DNA of 62,987 bases, filler included, from Hausera hauseri (lineage: Eukaryota), in assembly GCA_046269625.1 (NCBI GenBank). It is 9 parts of 9 records of this genome, joined end to end, with 100 filler letters (N's around TTAATTAATTAA, not from the genome) between each part and the next. Parts side by side here need not be neighbours in the genome. Positions count along the whole stretch, not along the records: positions 34,627 to 39,040 come from JBJURY010593334.1; positions 39,141 to 46,048 come from JBJURY010052996.1; positions 46,149 to 54,693 come from JBJURY010607665.1; 6 more parts are not named here. One strand, given 5' to 3'. The notes beneath the pieces were generated by a model, which did no database searches, was not told the origin of the DNA, and saw only the letters and a list, made by a program, of their open reading frames with translations. Within the stretch, counting starts at the first letter, position 1; each line of letters starts with the position of its first letter. This document shows, piece by piece, positions 36,917 through 50,735 of the stretch. Both the position numbers and the translations under genes were made by a program.

Positions 36917-39140
36917 CAATTAAATTTGGCCACGACCTATCATTTTCGGGCTTGGGCACAGTTGTTTAAACCCCACTTTATATTTTTAGTAAATCCAATT
37001 CCTCAGACAGATCCAGCATTCGACAATGACAGTAAGCAGAAACACTCCTGTGGTGTTCACATTTATCCAATCCGTGATTTGCATTCGAAAGACTTTTTAT
37101 GTAAAACTTTTTGTTTGAATAAGAAAAAGACAAATGGTGATATTTAAAAAAATAAAATTTTCTTGTGTTCAGCCAATTTCGAACGTTTAATATTTCACAC
37201 CTATTTTTCGCTTTGTCACTCGAATGTGCCTAATTTTGATATTTAATTTTCTCATCATTATGAAATGGTTTTCAATCGCGAGCAGCTTTGTTGTTATATG
37301 ATACATTTCAGAATTTGTTAATATTGTACAGACGAAATACAACACGCGCATTTCAATTTACTCTCTATTGATGTTGGATTTAATATAATTATTTTATTTT
37401 CTGTCGAGTTCTGGCTATCCATGAATAACCGTACAATAGAGCAACAAATTATAAACCAAAACTTCGATAAACCCAACAACTCCCAATCAAATAACGAATT
37501 CTTGTCAACTAGCTTTTATACAATCCACAATCTATGTGGAAGCTCAGGAGACATCCGTCGTACGAACCTTGAATAGTGTTCCACAACCCTTACTCGTTTT
37601 TCAACTTTTTTCATCATCTTATTCCGAATCATCTTAATTTTTACAGTATGCGCCGCCACTTTGGACTATTGGACAAAGTATTCAATTCGCAAATCTGCAA
37701 CAAATGCCGCGATTACCCATTTTTCTACCCGTGGTGCTCACCGCGGCCAGACGCCCGTTGTCGGCGCGTTGGATCAATAGTCGGGTCCAACTTTTCGCTT
37801 TAAGCATTATCTCATCGGCCTAGAAAGTGGATAAACGTTAGAAAATATTTAATCTGTTGGACGCGGAGAGTAATATGTTGTTTCCAACCTCAAAAGAAGA
37901 AAACGCAGAACTGTTCGGATTAGTAGTTCGCCTTCGTTGGACAGTGAGGATGAATTTAAGATTAGTGAGATTTCTTTATCGAAGGTTAACTTTAAGAGAC
38001 GATTCAACCAAATGAGCCCCATTGATATTACCGACTCTCTACCGAAATTGAAATATTCGGACCCAAATTTTTGGACTACAAAGGTTTTCGCACATAGGGA
38101 ATCCGATAGTACTATTCGAATATTCGAAATCGATCAAAAAGTCGTCTTTTTTATTTAAGCCTATTTTCGAATATCTAACGTTATATTCCGATTCTCCACA
38201 TATGGATTTCTATCCCTCTACGCTTTTAGATTTTTCGATTTTTGCTTCTATTCGAATAGAAAATAAATTATTCGAAAAGGTCGACTTGTATTCGAGTTTT
38301 CGAATATCTGATGTCATAATCGAATACAGCACATGTTAGTTTCTGTGTGTGTATGCTTTTACATTTTTTGATTTCCACTTGCTTGTGTGCTAAAATCAAC
38401 TTTATAGGTTTTATCGGAAAACATTTATTATTGATTAAAGAACACTTGCACATGTGCGACACATCTGAAAAGTGCTATATAGATGCACTAAGACATGGGG
38501 AGTCGCCTGGCGTTCTCAGATTTCTGAAAAGTATTTATGGAAGTCAAGATAATCGATACTATTCGGTGGAAATCGATATTTATTCGAGTTGTGCACCGAA
38601 TTTCGGAAATCTGAGATGGAAGACCCCGGTTACAATGTAACACTTCCTATATGTTCCCGCTTGAACAGTTGTCAAATGTTGACTCTAGGACCTAAAAAAC
38701 CTAAGGGAAGTCTGCACCAGTTGCACTTTGGATCGATATTGTGGTGCCCATAGCGGCCGGTGCCCTTCGGCCCATTTGGTTGGGCACGGTTGGGCCTCCG
38801 TTGCCGCCGCGTCGAGCCCAGATTTTTCGCCCTGGAAAGAAGTTACGTCAAAGAGCACCTCCAATATCACAAATGACAGCACTGTCCATCCGTCAAACGA
38901 TGCACAATATACAGTCATCAACCGCTCATCAACTTCAATTACCCAACAGCTCAACAACCTCTGAAATAATTCGACAATTATTTCAGAATGTTACATTGGT
39001 GAAAATCAAAATAAACGAAGAAAAGCTAACAAAGGACTTTNNNNNNNNNNNNNNNNNNNNNNNNNNNNNNNNNNNNNNNNNNNNTTAATTAATTAANNNN
39101 NNNNNNNNNNNNNNNNNNNNNNNNNNNNNNNNNNNNNNNN

Positions 39141-40537
39141 GGAGAAAAAAATCACAACATTAGAAACCAGATAGATTATATAATGATAAATAGAACAGGA
39201 CATCACTCATGGTTGTAAAAACAATGCCAGGAGCTGACTGCAATAGTGATCATGTACCAGTGGTAGGGAAAATAAAGACAAAGTTAAAAAAAATTAAGTA
39301 TAACCCAAAGAACATCAAATTAAACCTGGAATTACTAAAAACAAATGAGGAAATTAAAGAAAAGTATAATATTGCTGTACAAAATAGATATAATGCAGTT
39401 GAAATAATAGAATGCATTGACAACCAGTGGAAATGCTGAAAGAATCAATACAACAAACATCTCAGGAAGTTTTTCCAAAGGTGAAAATGCTAGGTCGCAT
39501 AAAATGGATGAAACAGGAAATTCTGCAATTAATGGACAAAATAAGACAAATGAAACCCAATGATGATGAATGTAAACGTTTGAACAAAGAAATAAAAAAA
39601 AAATGTTATGCACCAAGGCTAAACATGAATGGCTGGAACAGGCGTATAGTGAAATAGAAAACAATAAACAAGATGCAAGATCCATGCACACAAAAGAAAG
39701 GGAGTTAACAGGAAAGAGATTCCATAATAACACAGGTGGATTAAAATCAAAGTTAGGTACAATAACAATGGACAAAGACAAGAAGCTGGAAAGATGGACA
39801 GAATATCTAGGTGAACTGTACAGAGATGATAGAACAGACATGGACATTTATAATGATTGAGAAGATCCACCAATGCTCAACTCAGAAAACTCAGAAACTG
39901 CGGATGCCATAAAGAAAATGAAACCGAGGAAAGTACCAGGACCAGACAATATATCAAAAGAAGAAATAGAAGCTATGCATGACTTTGGGATAGAAGTTAT
40001 AGCAAAGCTACTGAATGATATTTATAACAGTGGTTACATTCCAATGAACCTACTGCTGTCAGTATTCATAGCCTTGCCCAAGAAACCAAACGCCATTGAA
40101 TGTGAAGTTCATAGAACAATTAGTCTTATGAGACATGTGACTAAAATATTACTAAGAACCATCATGAGAAGATTAAGAAACAAAATGAAAACCGAAATAG
40201 CAAACGAGCAGTGTGGATTTGTAGAAAGTAAAGGGACAGCTAATGCCGAATACATACTATGCATACCATGCACATTAATTGAAAGAGCATTAGAAGTTCA
40301 GAAACACCTGTATGTATGCTTTATAGACTATACAAAGGCATTTAATAGAGTGAAACACAATGAAATAATTAATATTCTGGAAAGCATAAACATAGATGGG
40401 AAAGATTTGAGATTAATAAAGAACATATACTGGTAACAAATAGCTGCGATAAAGATGGAAAATGAGATAGGAAAGTATCAGCAAGTAAAAAGAGGGGTGC
40501 ATCAAGGATGTGTCATATCATCTGAGCTGTTCAAGAC
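39141..40537 (+). mobile_element. RTE-clade LINE ORF fragment (APE end to RT)
   Basis: NQIDYI..PGADCNSDH; K.PGPDNI; LPKK..A.EC..HRTISL; EQCGF; FIDYTKAF; GV.QGC..S..LF. Confidence 0.92.
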
Positions 40538-42498
40538 ATGATGCTGTTGATGAGTCTGTTCTTGGAGTATATCTTTCTATTTTTCTCTTGTTGCTCCATG
40601 ATATTCTTAGGACCTTTCTGTAACACTTTGTTTCAAATGAATCTTTTTCTTTATTGCTTGTGTAATAATCCATGATTCACTTCCATAGCTCGCCACGGGG
40701 AAGATACATGTTCTTAGAAGCTATATTTGGATTGAGTTGCTCGTGTCGTGCCGTAGGATCTTCATGCTACTTAACCTTTGCATTGCTAGGCTAACCTCCT
40801 CAGCTCCTTTGAGCAATCTTCATTATTGTATATTGTGGAGCCAACATATTCAAAATTTGATTTTTTTTTTTATAATTTCTTTGTTGTCGATAATGATTTT
40901 GGGTTGGCGACTGGTTTTGTCAGTTTTCATTATTTCAGGTTTTTTTTTTTTTTTTTTGTTGTGTGGAAGCATAACAAACAATATGCAACACAGATGGTTA
41001 CTATAAAACATCACACCGCAGAGAGAAGTAGAAAGCATGTTTTTGCTGCCCATAAGACATCACAATGAAAGCGACTGCTTTAAAGATCATCACCGAGGAG
41101 AAATGATGATGATAATTTTACTCGCCATTATGTTTTCTGTACATTCACTGCTTTTCCACATTGTGGCGTTGAATTCCTCCAGTATCAACGCGGCATTATA
41201 TCTGGGAATTGTATTCACCACATACCCCATGCTTATAAGAAACCTTTCATTCGAGTCTTCACCTCTATTTTCTGTTGGGCCGTGGAATACTATTAAATAC
41301 AACTTAGCGTATGATAACTTGAACATCGTGTATGATTCTTTCAACAAATTGGTTCCCGCTTTGCGTGGCTTTAGTGGGCTGTTTTAAACAGTAAAAGTGT
41401 TACTCTCTGTTGAAAATTATCTGTTTTTCCTGATCACAGCAAAATGCTGTTTAAAATAAGTGATATTTGTACATGTCCAATCCATCGTTCTTCTCGTATT
41501 CATAAAGGGTCCAAAATGTATTGTTCATTTTTCGTTTTCATATTTTCAGTTTTTTACCTGGAATTAAATGCACCGAGAAAGGTGGTGGCTTCCCTACTCA
41601 CAAAGCCGAAGCCTTAAAAAAATTAAGGCACTAACAATTCATTCCCTACGGCATTTACCAATGCTATGGGAGTGATCACTGAAACATGTCGACACTATCT
41701 CCACGTTCTCTTATACGTCTTAAGGCGTGAATGGGGTTCCTTTATTTTTACTTTAGAAACAAGGCATGTAGTTTTATTCTGTTACTATAAGCAATTCAGG
41801 CCTATCGTCAATACATAAAACATTTCATTTCAACGAATAAAAATATTGACTCTTAATGCTTGTTCTCATTGCTTGGAATAAAATTAAGGTAATAACAAAA
41901 ACACACTTCTGAAAATTATCTTTCTTAACTTTTTTGTTCATCTTGCCAATAATCTACTTTTTTTTAATCAAACGCTGACTATCGACCACAATTAAGATGG
42001 CACATTCTGACACACATTTCTATGAGCAACTTTAACTTCCACAGTTCGTATTAGGTGCCGTGTCGGTAGACGTGGGCGATAATGCCTTTTCATAATGCCC
42101 TTTGCCTTCCTGCACCCATACTACCTGGTCATCCCGTCAGAAATCTTGGTAAATCCTTCAAATAACGTTTCTTTTATTCTTCGCTTTCTTTTCTTTGTTT
42201 ACTTTTTTTCTATTAATTGCCAAATTCTTCAGCTGCTGTCTTCTCAAAACGTGCCCAAAACGATTATTTGTCTGTCTTTTCCATAAGCTGCTAATAATTT
42301 TGCGATGTTCTCGAACTTCGTTCAATGGTCCTTAATTTGTTTTCTTTGCTGTCAGGCACCTAGTTTCCTTTCTGCGCTACATTTCTGTAGTTTCTATGTC
42401 TTTTTTCATTTCTTCTTTTTCTTTTTTAAAAAAAATGTGTTAGTACATTTTTCCCTCATTTATAATGCAAGACATTTATTTGCACGTATCTTCTTCCT

Positions 42499-42762
42499 GG
42501 AGCCGCGCTAGCTAAGTCGATAGTGGGCTTGCTTGCGGACGGCAAGGTCTCAGGTTTGATACCAGCAGTGGCCTATTGAATTTTCCGGACCTGAACGGCT
42601 CCAGGTTCACCCAGCCTTAAATGGGTACCGGGGTTTACTCCGGGAAAAGTAAAGCGGCGAGAAAGGTGGTGGCGTCCCTACTCACAAAGCCGTACGCCTA
42701 GAAATGTGAAAGCACTATCACTTCACACCCACACGGTCTGCAAAGGCCATGGGACTTTACTT
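42499..42762 (+). mobile_element. tRNA-derived SINE
   Basis: A-box-like TAGCTAAGTCG, B-box-like GGTTTGATACC, central GTTCACCCAGCCTTAAATGGGTACC; the 3' part recurs at 41576-41610. Confidence 0.7.
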
Positions 42763-43670
42763 ATCTTCTTCCTGTTGTTCATGTTGCGAAAGGCTGCTTT
42801 TGATTTTGGTTTTTCTAAGTTTGATTCACTTGTGCATTTGCCACAGACGGTTACTATTGTTCCAAGGTAGGTGAATGTATGCATTTGTTTCATTGTCTAT
42901 CCCTGTGCTTTAATGTTACATTTTGGGATTTCATTTGAAATCTAGTTATGGATCTCTTTTTTATCTTTCTTCATTAAGCAGGCTATATATCACAGTTTAT
43001 GTATACTGGGCTTTGAGTTGTTGGTTTGTATGGACTTCATTTACTTCACCTATTAGTTTTGTATCATCTACATATTTATATTGTTATTATTCTGAACTCC
43101 TGCATGTACAAGTGTTACATCCTTTTAATTTTCCATGTTGTTTGTATCATATAAAGAGAAGATATTTGTTTACCTCTACAGAGCTGACACTCGATGACTG
43201 TGGATCAAAGACAAGACAAGACAAAAAACACCCATAATATTATGTCAAGAGTGGGAATAGGAAAAGTCAAACTTCAGAAAGGGAAAACAAAAGTTATAAA
43301 ACCGTCTTACCTTTATACAAACATTATGTAGAGAATGGCAGCGATACTGCGGGCAACACTTAAACTCACTGTTACAACGTTGTTCATGGTTCTGACAGTA
43401 AGACTGGTAGAAAGGATGACAATATGAACAAGTGCAGGAATTAATTGACTGTATTATTTTGACTATTTTTAAACTATTTGATTAACTGACAGCTAAGTTA
43501 GTTATTTATCATCATCATCATTATGTGTCCTGCCTAATGACGTTGGCAATCATGTCTCTCCGTATCTCCCTATCTCTTATGCTCAACCAGGTTGAGGTTT
43601 TGTGCCCACGTCATGTTGTCAAATCATCTATAAATTTCTGTCTCTGTCCGAAAAATAGTGATTGTCGTTT

Positions 43671-43777
43671 TCTTATGTCGAAGATGATTCTTCTTTTCTC
43701 ATCGGAAATTATTCTTCTTTTTCTCATCGGAAATTATTCTTCTTTTTCTCATCGAAAATGATTCTTCTTTTCTCATT
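43671..43777. repeat. Minisatellite, ~25-bp unit (TCTCATCGGAAATTATTCTTCTTT), about 4 copies
   Basis: Direct tandem copies are visible. Confidence 0.85.
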
Positions 43778-44302
43778 AACTTCTTTCAAAGCAAATAAAT
43801 TTGTCTCTGCCTATGAAATTTTCATCAATCTTCTCATGAACCACATCTCTGTAGCTTCTAGATTTTTTTTTGTTTTTGCTTATTCACTGTCCATGTTCCA
43901 CTTCTATAAAACAGTATAGGCGTGTTTAACACTGTATGGCCTGCTTCCTTATATCCAGTGTAAAAGAATTACTATAAAAGACATTTTTCATTTTGTACAA
44001 TGTTGCTTTACCTTGGCCTATCCTTTCTTTTCACCTCAATAATGCATATTCCATCTGCTGTTATTGTAGTTCTCAAATATTTACTTATTCACTTGCTTAA
44101 GTTTGTTAAGTCTAAATCTATTGTGCAATTTATTTGCTGCTTCCTTTTTTATAAATGACAATTATTTCTGTTTTTTTTGTAAATTTAGATTGAGACCGTT
44201 GCTGTCACTTTCTTCTACATCGTCAACAAGTGATGCAGATATTATTCATGTTAGTATTTGATACAGAAGTGTCATCAGCATAAGTAAGGCTATATATATT
44301 GT

Positions 44303-44582
44303 GTTCCCCTACGGTAGTGTAGTGGTCTGTGCCCTCGCTTTCAAACGGGGGTTCAATACCAACTGTGGCGGGTTGAATTGTTTCCGACCAAAGGGGTCCA
44401 GGGGTCCACCCAACCTCGAAAAAATGGTACCGGGAGAATTCTCTGCGAATATAAAGACGGTCTGGCGTTATGCTGACCACATACCCAATTACGTGTCGTG
44501 TGTCAATGATAAACGGGGGCGTCAATGCCACGTTCTCTTATAGGTCTTTAAGGCGAAAATGAGATTCCTTGACTTTTTTTTT
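44303..44582 (+). mobile_element. Second tRNA-derived SINE family
   Basis: GTAGTGTAGTGG and GGTTCAATACC boxes, shared core GGTCCACCCAACC..AAAATGGTACCGGG, tail CCACGTTCTCTTATA shared with 41701. Confidence 0.7.
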
Positions 44583-44737
44583 AAAAATTACTCTGTCAAA
44601 TATCCTTATTACGGTGGCGTAATACTTTATACAGGAAAATAATCAGGCGCAATGGCGGCGCAACGGTGGGGTAAGAGTTGTTGTAATATCAAGGGGGCTG
44701 TGGTCACAAGGTCTTATTGTCAGGGGGGAACAGACAA

Positions 44738-45400
44738 GACGTCCATGTAGTGACAAATGTATAAGTCATATAGCAAAATATATTGGTGTCGGCGATGGGC
44801 GTATAGGTCTTCTTATTCTACGTTGTCTACAAGCGTAGATATTAGTTCTTATCACCATGTTCCCAGGCAGAAGGCGTCACGAGGCCGTGTAGTGACAAAC
44901 ATATAAGCCATATAGGAAAGTATTTAGATGTTAAGGAATCGGGTGTGTTAGAATGTCTTCACCTTCGTTGTCGTCTTCGAGCATATGTATTATCATCATC
45001 ATGTGCCCTCGTATAGGTCGTCATGAGGCCGTGTAGTGACAAATGTATTAGCCATATAGGAAATTATTTAGGTGTCAGGGATCGGGGGAGGGTTAGGTGT
45101 TTTTCTTCTTATATAATCTGCGTGGCAGGAGCTGGCCGCCCTATAGAACCTGAGTGGCCATTATCATCATCATTATTAGCTAGGGTATGTCGTTTCACAA
45201 GATAAATATAGTTAAGGCAGGGGACTGGCAGGGGCTACCGAGCTAGAGTTGATAGTCGCGGCATACTATCAGAGCACTGGTGGTCATGGGGCATACTATC
45301 AGGACACGGGTGGGCATGGAGTTGACGGTCAGGAGGCCTACAAACAAGAGGTCCGTGTAGTGACAAATGTATAATCCACATAGGAAAAATAGGCAGATAT
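44738..45400. repeat. Diverged ~143-bp repeats with a conserved ~45-bp core
   Basis: Core GTAGTGACAAAYRTATWAG.CATATAG near 44738, 44881, 45025 and 45348. Confidence 0.85.
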
Positions 45401-46148
45401 CGAGTTATGAGGGCGTGTTTATTCTTCTTCCTTTTTATGGAATCTGGACTAGGGATAGGTCATGTAGGTTCTTATGGTCTAAGAATCTGGGGGGCAGTAA
45501 TTGATAAGATGACTGGGGGAGTGTGAGGGTAGATTTTCTATAGTGAGAAGGGGCAGATAATATAACGTCACAGGTGGGTAATAAGGTCAGACAACTTTGA
45601 TTTTGGATCTAAGGGGTGTAGATAACAGGTATTTTTGCGACTGCCGATATGAAGGAGGGCGTATATTAAATTGGTAGAGGTAGTGTAGTTATATATGGTG
45701 CCATATGTTTTTACAAAACGTATTGACGTACACAAAAATAACATACTTTTTGTTATAAAAGATTTATACAGAATTTGTTATTTTCCAAAGTTTCTGTTCA
45801 CGTGAATAAAACAGACAATGACGTAATTACAGTAACAGAATAGTTAATATAAGGAGTGGCTTACATTTTATATTGGTGATGTTAATTCATTACAGTAGTG
45901 GGTGATGGCAAAATAGTCATTTTTATTCATAATTCGTAGGTAATACATTTTAGTAGTATTTTTTAAGTTACTTAGTTAGTTAGTCGTCAGGTCATCTTCA
46001 TTGCACACGGGACAAGTCCATAGGTGCTCCGATTTCATCCTCAGTATANNNNNNNNNNNNNNNNNNNNNNNNNNNNNNNNNNNNNNNNNNNNTTAATTAA
46101 TTAANNNNNNNNNNNNNNNNNNNNNNNNNNNNNNNNNNNNNNNNNNNN

Positions 46149-47121
46149 TAGATCAGTCGGTTCCATCAACTTTTCGCCAATTTTCACCCAGGCAAAACTC
46201 CAGAAAAATGAGCCATCGCAAGATATCCTCAAATCATTCAAATCTCATCATATAATCGATGGCGTGGCCTTAGATACCTCGAAGCTAGGACAGTACAAGG
46301 TAATTCTTGCTCCACCTCTACGCAAACAGGCATTTCATAACGTACATACATTACACCACCCTGGTGCCAAAGCGACTTTCCGCTTACTTCAACGACAAGT
46401 AGTTTGGCCAACCATGCGTTCAAATGTGCAAGCATGGGTTAAAGAGTGCGTGCCTTGTAAGAAATATAAAACAATAAAACACCTAAAACCTCCATTATAT
46501 CATTTTCCATGCACATTACGCTTCGAAACTGTGCATATTAATATTGTCGGTCCTCTCCAATAGACAACGGACACCAATTTATTCTGACGCGATAATCCTT
46601 AAGGATGGAAAGGAATTAGCAGTCCATATAAATAATGTAAAATTTGCCTTTTTTGTGGATGACACCTCTCCAACTGAAACTTCGACAAATTTTCTGACTT
46701 CTACATTTCCTTCTGTTTCTGCTCCTGACTCCACTCCTACTACATTTTCTCCGGTTCCTGTTTCTGTTCACACATCCACTCCACCTACTATTCCAACCCC
46801 TACCACTCCGCCATTTTCTCCTCCCGCCTTCTTACCAACAACTACTTTTCTTCTCCGAGTTTGTTTCAACAAGACACCACATTTAACGCGACAGACTGTA
46901 ATATCTTCCCTTCCAAAGAATCTCAGCAAAAGGAGACTAAAGCAAAGAGATTGCACAAAACTGTTACTTTCAGCAAGTACAGTAAAGAAAAAAATAATGA
47001 AGGTATTCAACGTCTGGTCCATACCAAAACTGAATAATCAAATAGAAACCATCTACTTCGTAATTTTTAGTTCGCATTTCATCTTATCTGTATAGTCCAT
47101 ACTCTGCCACGGGGGTGGTGA
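46149..47121 (+). mobile_element. Gypsy integrase (internally deleted), S/T/P-rich tail and PPT
   Basis: H.LHHPGAKAT..VVWP.MR..V..WVKEC..C zinc finger, RFETVHINIVGPL, VHINNVK; tail KTVTFSKY; CCACGGGGGTGGTGA. Confidence 0.88.
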
Positions 47122-47539
47122 TGTTGTACATTGTTATTATTTTAATTTGTTCTCTTTTGTTTGTAATTGCCGGTGAATGGGTGCATTTTTGCTGGTTTTT
47201 CTCGTCGTACTCGGGTAACTCATCAAAATCAAAACAACCCAAATTCGTATACTCCTTTGTAAATTTTACACAAGGTTCTGCCAAAATGGAAATGTTTATT
47301 GAATATTCGGCTTATAGCCTCAGATTTATGTCCTGCGATTGACAGTAATTATCTTATGATATACAGATATATGTTATGGTGATAGTGTCAATACAATATG
47401 CATCATTGTTTTTAAAATTTTGAATTGAATTTTGGTGACATTAATAAACCGTTAATTTGTTTGACTCTGTTTTGCAGTTGTTCTTCTACTGCTCTTCTAT
47501 GGATTTATTAAAAATTGTCGTATTATCCGCTGAACAACA
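47122..47539 (+). repeat. 3' LTR
   Basis: TGTTGT...ACAACA inverted termini directly after the PPT; AATAAA at 47443. Confidence 0.75.
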
Positions 47540-47619
47540 AATTACGTACATCAACAGAGATACGTTCTTTCCTCGGAACCTTGCACTTCATTCACAAGTA
47601 AATTACACACTGCTTCTAT

Positions 47620-50462
47620 CACATAGTACTAGCACATCAAAGGCCAATACGTCAAAAGGTCCTCCCACTGTCGCCTCACCTCAGACAGGCAGTGGAGGCT
47701 GAGTTTCTCGAACTGGAAAATCATGAATAATCAGAAGATCCAAATCCTTTTGGTCTTTCCCACTACATGTGGTTCCACAAAAGATGGTACATTTCGCCCA
47801 TGCGGTGATTAAGGCCAACTCAACAATATAACAGTAATGGATGCTTACCCTCTGCCATTAATCAACGACATCCTTCACAGGCTCCATGGTTCCACTATTT
47901 TTTCTTGCATTGATTTGCACAAAGCATACCACCAAATGTCGGTATCCCCAGCAGACATTCCGAAATCGACTGCCATTACATATTTCGGTCTTTTCGAATA
48001 TCTTTTCATGCCTTTTGGACTCCATAGCGCTTCCCAGACCTTCTAAAGGAATACTGATACAGTTCACTCGGGTTTAGACTTTGCTTATCCCTATATAGAT
48101 GATATCCTAATTGCATCATCTTTCTCGAAATAACACTCCGAACACTTACGTTTAATATTCCAGCGTTTGCAGAAAACAATTTGCAAATTAATTTCTCCGA
48201 ATACTCTTTTTTTCAACATAAGGTTAACTTCCTAGGACATGTTATTAGCTCCTCTGGATATTCACCTCAGCCAGAGCGCATCACACAACTCAAAAACATA
48301 CAGCTACCACGTACATAAACAAAGATGCGTTCTTTCCTCGGAACCTTGCACTTTGTTCACAAGTAAATTCCACACTGCTCCACTCTAACCGCTCCATTTG
48401 CATCACTAAGCTCTGTCAAGAAAAAACAGCCTATTCAATGGACCGCCAAGCTAGTCAACGCTTTCCATCACCTCAAAGACAATCTAAAAACTGTGAAAAT
48501 CCTGGCCTATCCCTACTCCTATGCAGAACTCATCTTAACCACGGATGCATCTACAACCGCTGCAGGTGCTGTCCTCCATCAATGTAAAAATGGATACCAC
48601 GAACCATTAAAATTCTTTTCTCGAAAATTCACGACACAAGAGCAAAGATATTTCACCTTTGATAGAGAGCTGCTTGCAATGGTCCTTGCTGTAAAACACT
48701 TTAAGCATCTGTTAACCACACGAACCTTTACAATACAAATGGACCGCAAGACCTTGCTTCAAATTCTTACCATGAAATCGCCTTCTCCACGTCAGGAAAA
48801 GCAAATATCATATTTGTCCACTTTCAATTTTGAAATTAATCACTTAAACGGAGTCGACAATTTGGTAGCTGACTTTTTGTCCCGATCGATCAGCTCGACT
48901 GATTTTACACCAATTTTTCCTCAATCCAGACTTCAACAAAACCAGCCACCTCGTGACATCCTTAAATTTTTTAAATCGTGCAAAATCATAGAAGGTGTGG
49001 CCTTTGGCACCCCCAAGCCTAATAATCCTAAAATCATTCTTTCCGAATCGCTTTAAAAAGAAGCACTCAACAACATCCATTCGTTGCATCATCTCGGTGC
49101 CAAGGCCATCTTTCGACTCTTACAATGCCAAGTAGTATGGTCGTCGATGCGCTCTGACGTGCGGGTATGGGTTAGGAAGTGTGTGGCATGCCAAAAATAC
49201 AAAGTTACTAAGCATTTAAGGCCACCATTATATCATTTTCCCTGCACGTTTCGTTTTGAATCTGTTCACATTGACCTAGTAGGCCCACTACCCATGGACA
49301 ACGACCATCAGTTCATCCTCACAATGATGGACCGTGCCTCGCGATGGCCAGAGGCTGTCCCACTTTGGAAGACCAACACAGAAACAATCGCAGACTTTTC
49401 ATCCGCACTTGGATCAGCAGCTTTGGATCACCTCGCCGCATCATCTCGGCCCAAGGCCCACAGTTTGAATCCAACCTGTTTAAAGCTCTTGTCAATCGAT
49501 TAGAAATTAATCATATATACACGTCATCCTATCATCCTCAATCGAATGGCCTTACACTCCCGCTTACACTTCCACAACGTCATCATCCTCAAGGACGACA
49601 AAGAAGTGACAGTCCACATCAAAAGCGCTAAGCCGGCCTTCTTCGTTGAAGATACCTCACCCATCGAGACCATTTCTCCACCAACATCTTTACGCGACGC
49701 TCAGCAATGCAAAAATTCACCTTCTATTTCTGTTCAATCCTTTAATCCACTTTCCCCAACTTTTTCTTTCAATCCTTCTACTTCAACTTTTTCTGAGAGT
49801 TAATCCCCCTTTTCCCCATCCGAATCTGCACTTTCAAGCCTCTTAACACCTCCTTCATCCACTGGTGACAACCTGCTTTCCTCACCTACGAGACTTTCTC
49901 GCCAATCACCACTTCTACTTCACCAATCTCTCTATATACGCCTTTCATCATTCCAACCTCTTGCCTGTCACCTTCCAACTCCTCTCCTTCACCTCCTTTA
50001 CCTTCTTACTCTCTTCCATCTTGCTCCTCTTCAGCATCCCCCTCTCTCCCTCTTTCACCTTCCACACCTTCGTCATATTCGGCGCCCTCTTTCTTCCTTC
50101 TTCCTAATACACCATCTCCTACTCCTCTCATTTCCACTTCGTAACTTTCGCCTCTCTCAAACTCTGGCCCCTCTTATCCTTCGTATCATCCTCCTTTGAC
50201 ACCTTTTACTCCTTCACTTCGACCTTCACCCAACACAATCCCAAAACTAACATCGGTTTTACACCAAAATCAGCTGCAAACAAACAAACCACGTATACGA
50301 GCAAGCAAAACCGTAAGATTCAACGAATATTGCAGGGTCAAATACCAACAAGGAACTGAACGCCTTGAAACAGTCTACTTTTAAATATACCTTCACCCTT
50401 TCGCGCTTCTGCTTGTCCTTTTGTCGTGCTTTACAGTTCTTCAACTCAGCCACGGAGGGTGA
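47620..50462 (+). mobile_element. Gypsy pol (RT, RNase H, integrase, low-complexity tail, PPT), related to 22420-22884 and 46149-47121
   Basis: YPLPLI.DIL, IDL.KAYHQ, MPFGL, YIDDILI, LTTDAS, FDRELLA, VHIDLVGPL, YHPQSNG; GCCACGGAGGGTGA before TG. Confidence 0.92.
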
Positions 50463-50735
50463 TGTGGTACCTACATGGTTTGTCCCCTGGCCGGACGAGA
50501 TCGGGGTTTGCTGTTCCCCGGGAGGCGCACAAGTCCAGGACCGAACGCCTCCCTTTTCCCCGGGTTTTGTTTGGCGGTCGTGGGGTAGTGAAAAGTGCTA
50601 CATGAAGAACAAACAGGATCTCGGACTCCTTAACAGCAGTGGTTCCTCGGGCAGAACTTGTTCTAATCACGTGTAAAACCGACACTATTCATGTCTATTC
50701 TTTTGCGTTTTGCACGAGAAAGTGGCAGGGCAACA
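50463..50735 (+). repeat. Probable 3' LTR
   Basis: TGTGG start after the PPT; candidate end GCAACA. Confidence 0.5.

Larger units (their letters stand above)
40538..44300 (-). mobile_element. Multiple decayed RTE LINE fragments on the minus strand
   Basis: RTCIFPVASYGSESW (~40700), HGPTE...ILEEFNA (41090-41347), YADDT (~44280). Confidence 0.7.

Noticed and set aside
37100-39040. Short ORFs and a GC-richer patch near 38730-38840
   Set aside because: No recognisable motifs or repeat structure that I could support.
42499-42575. Possible tRNA genes here and at 44303
   Set aside because: Only degenerate A/B boxes without a cloverleaf, continuing into SINE bodies.
44738-45400. CRISPR-like repeat-spacer appearance
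   Set aside because: Repeats are imperfect, spacers are ~100 nt or more and resemble each other, there are no cas genes, and the context is eukaryotic.
49640-50240. Pyrimidine-rich ORFs with hydrophobic, TM-like translation
   Set aside because: Off-frame readings of the S/P/T-rich low-complexity integrase linker.
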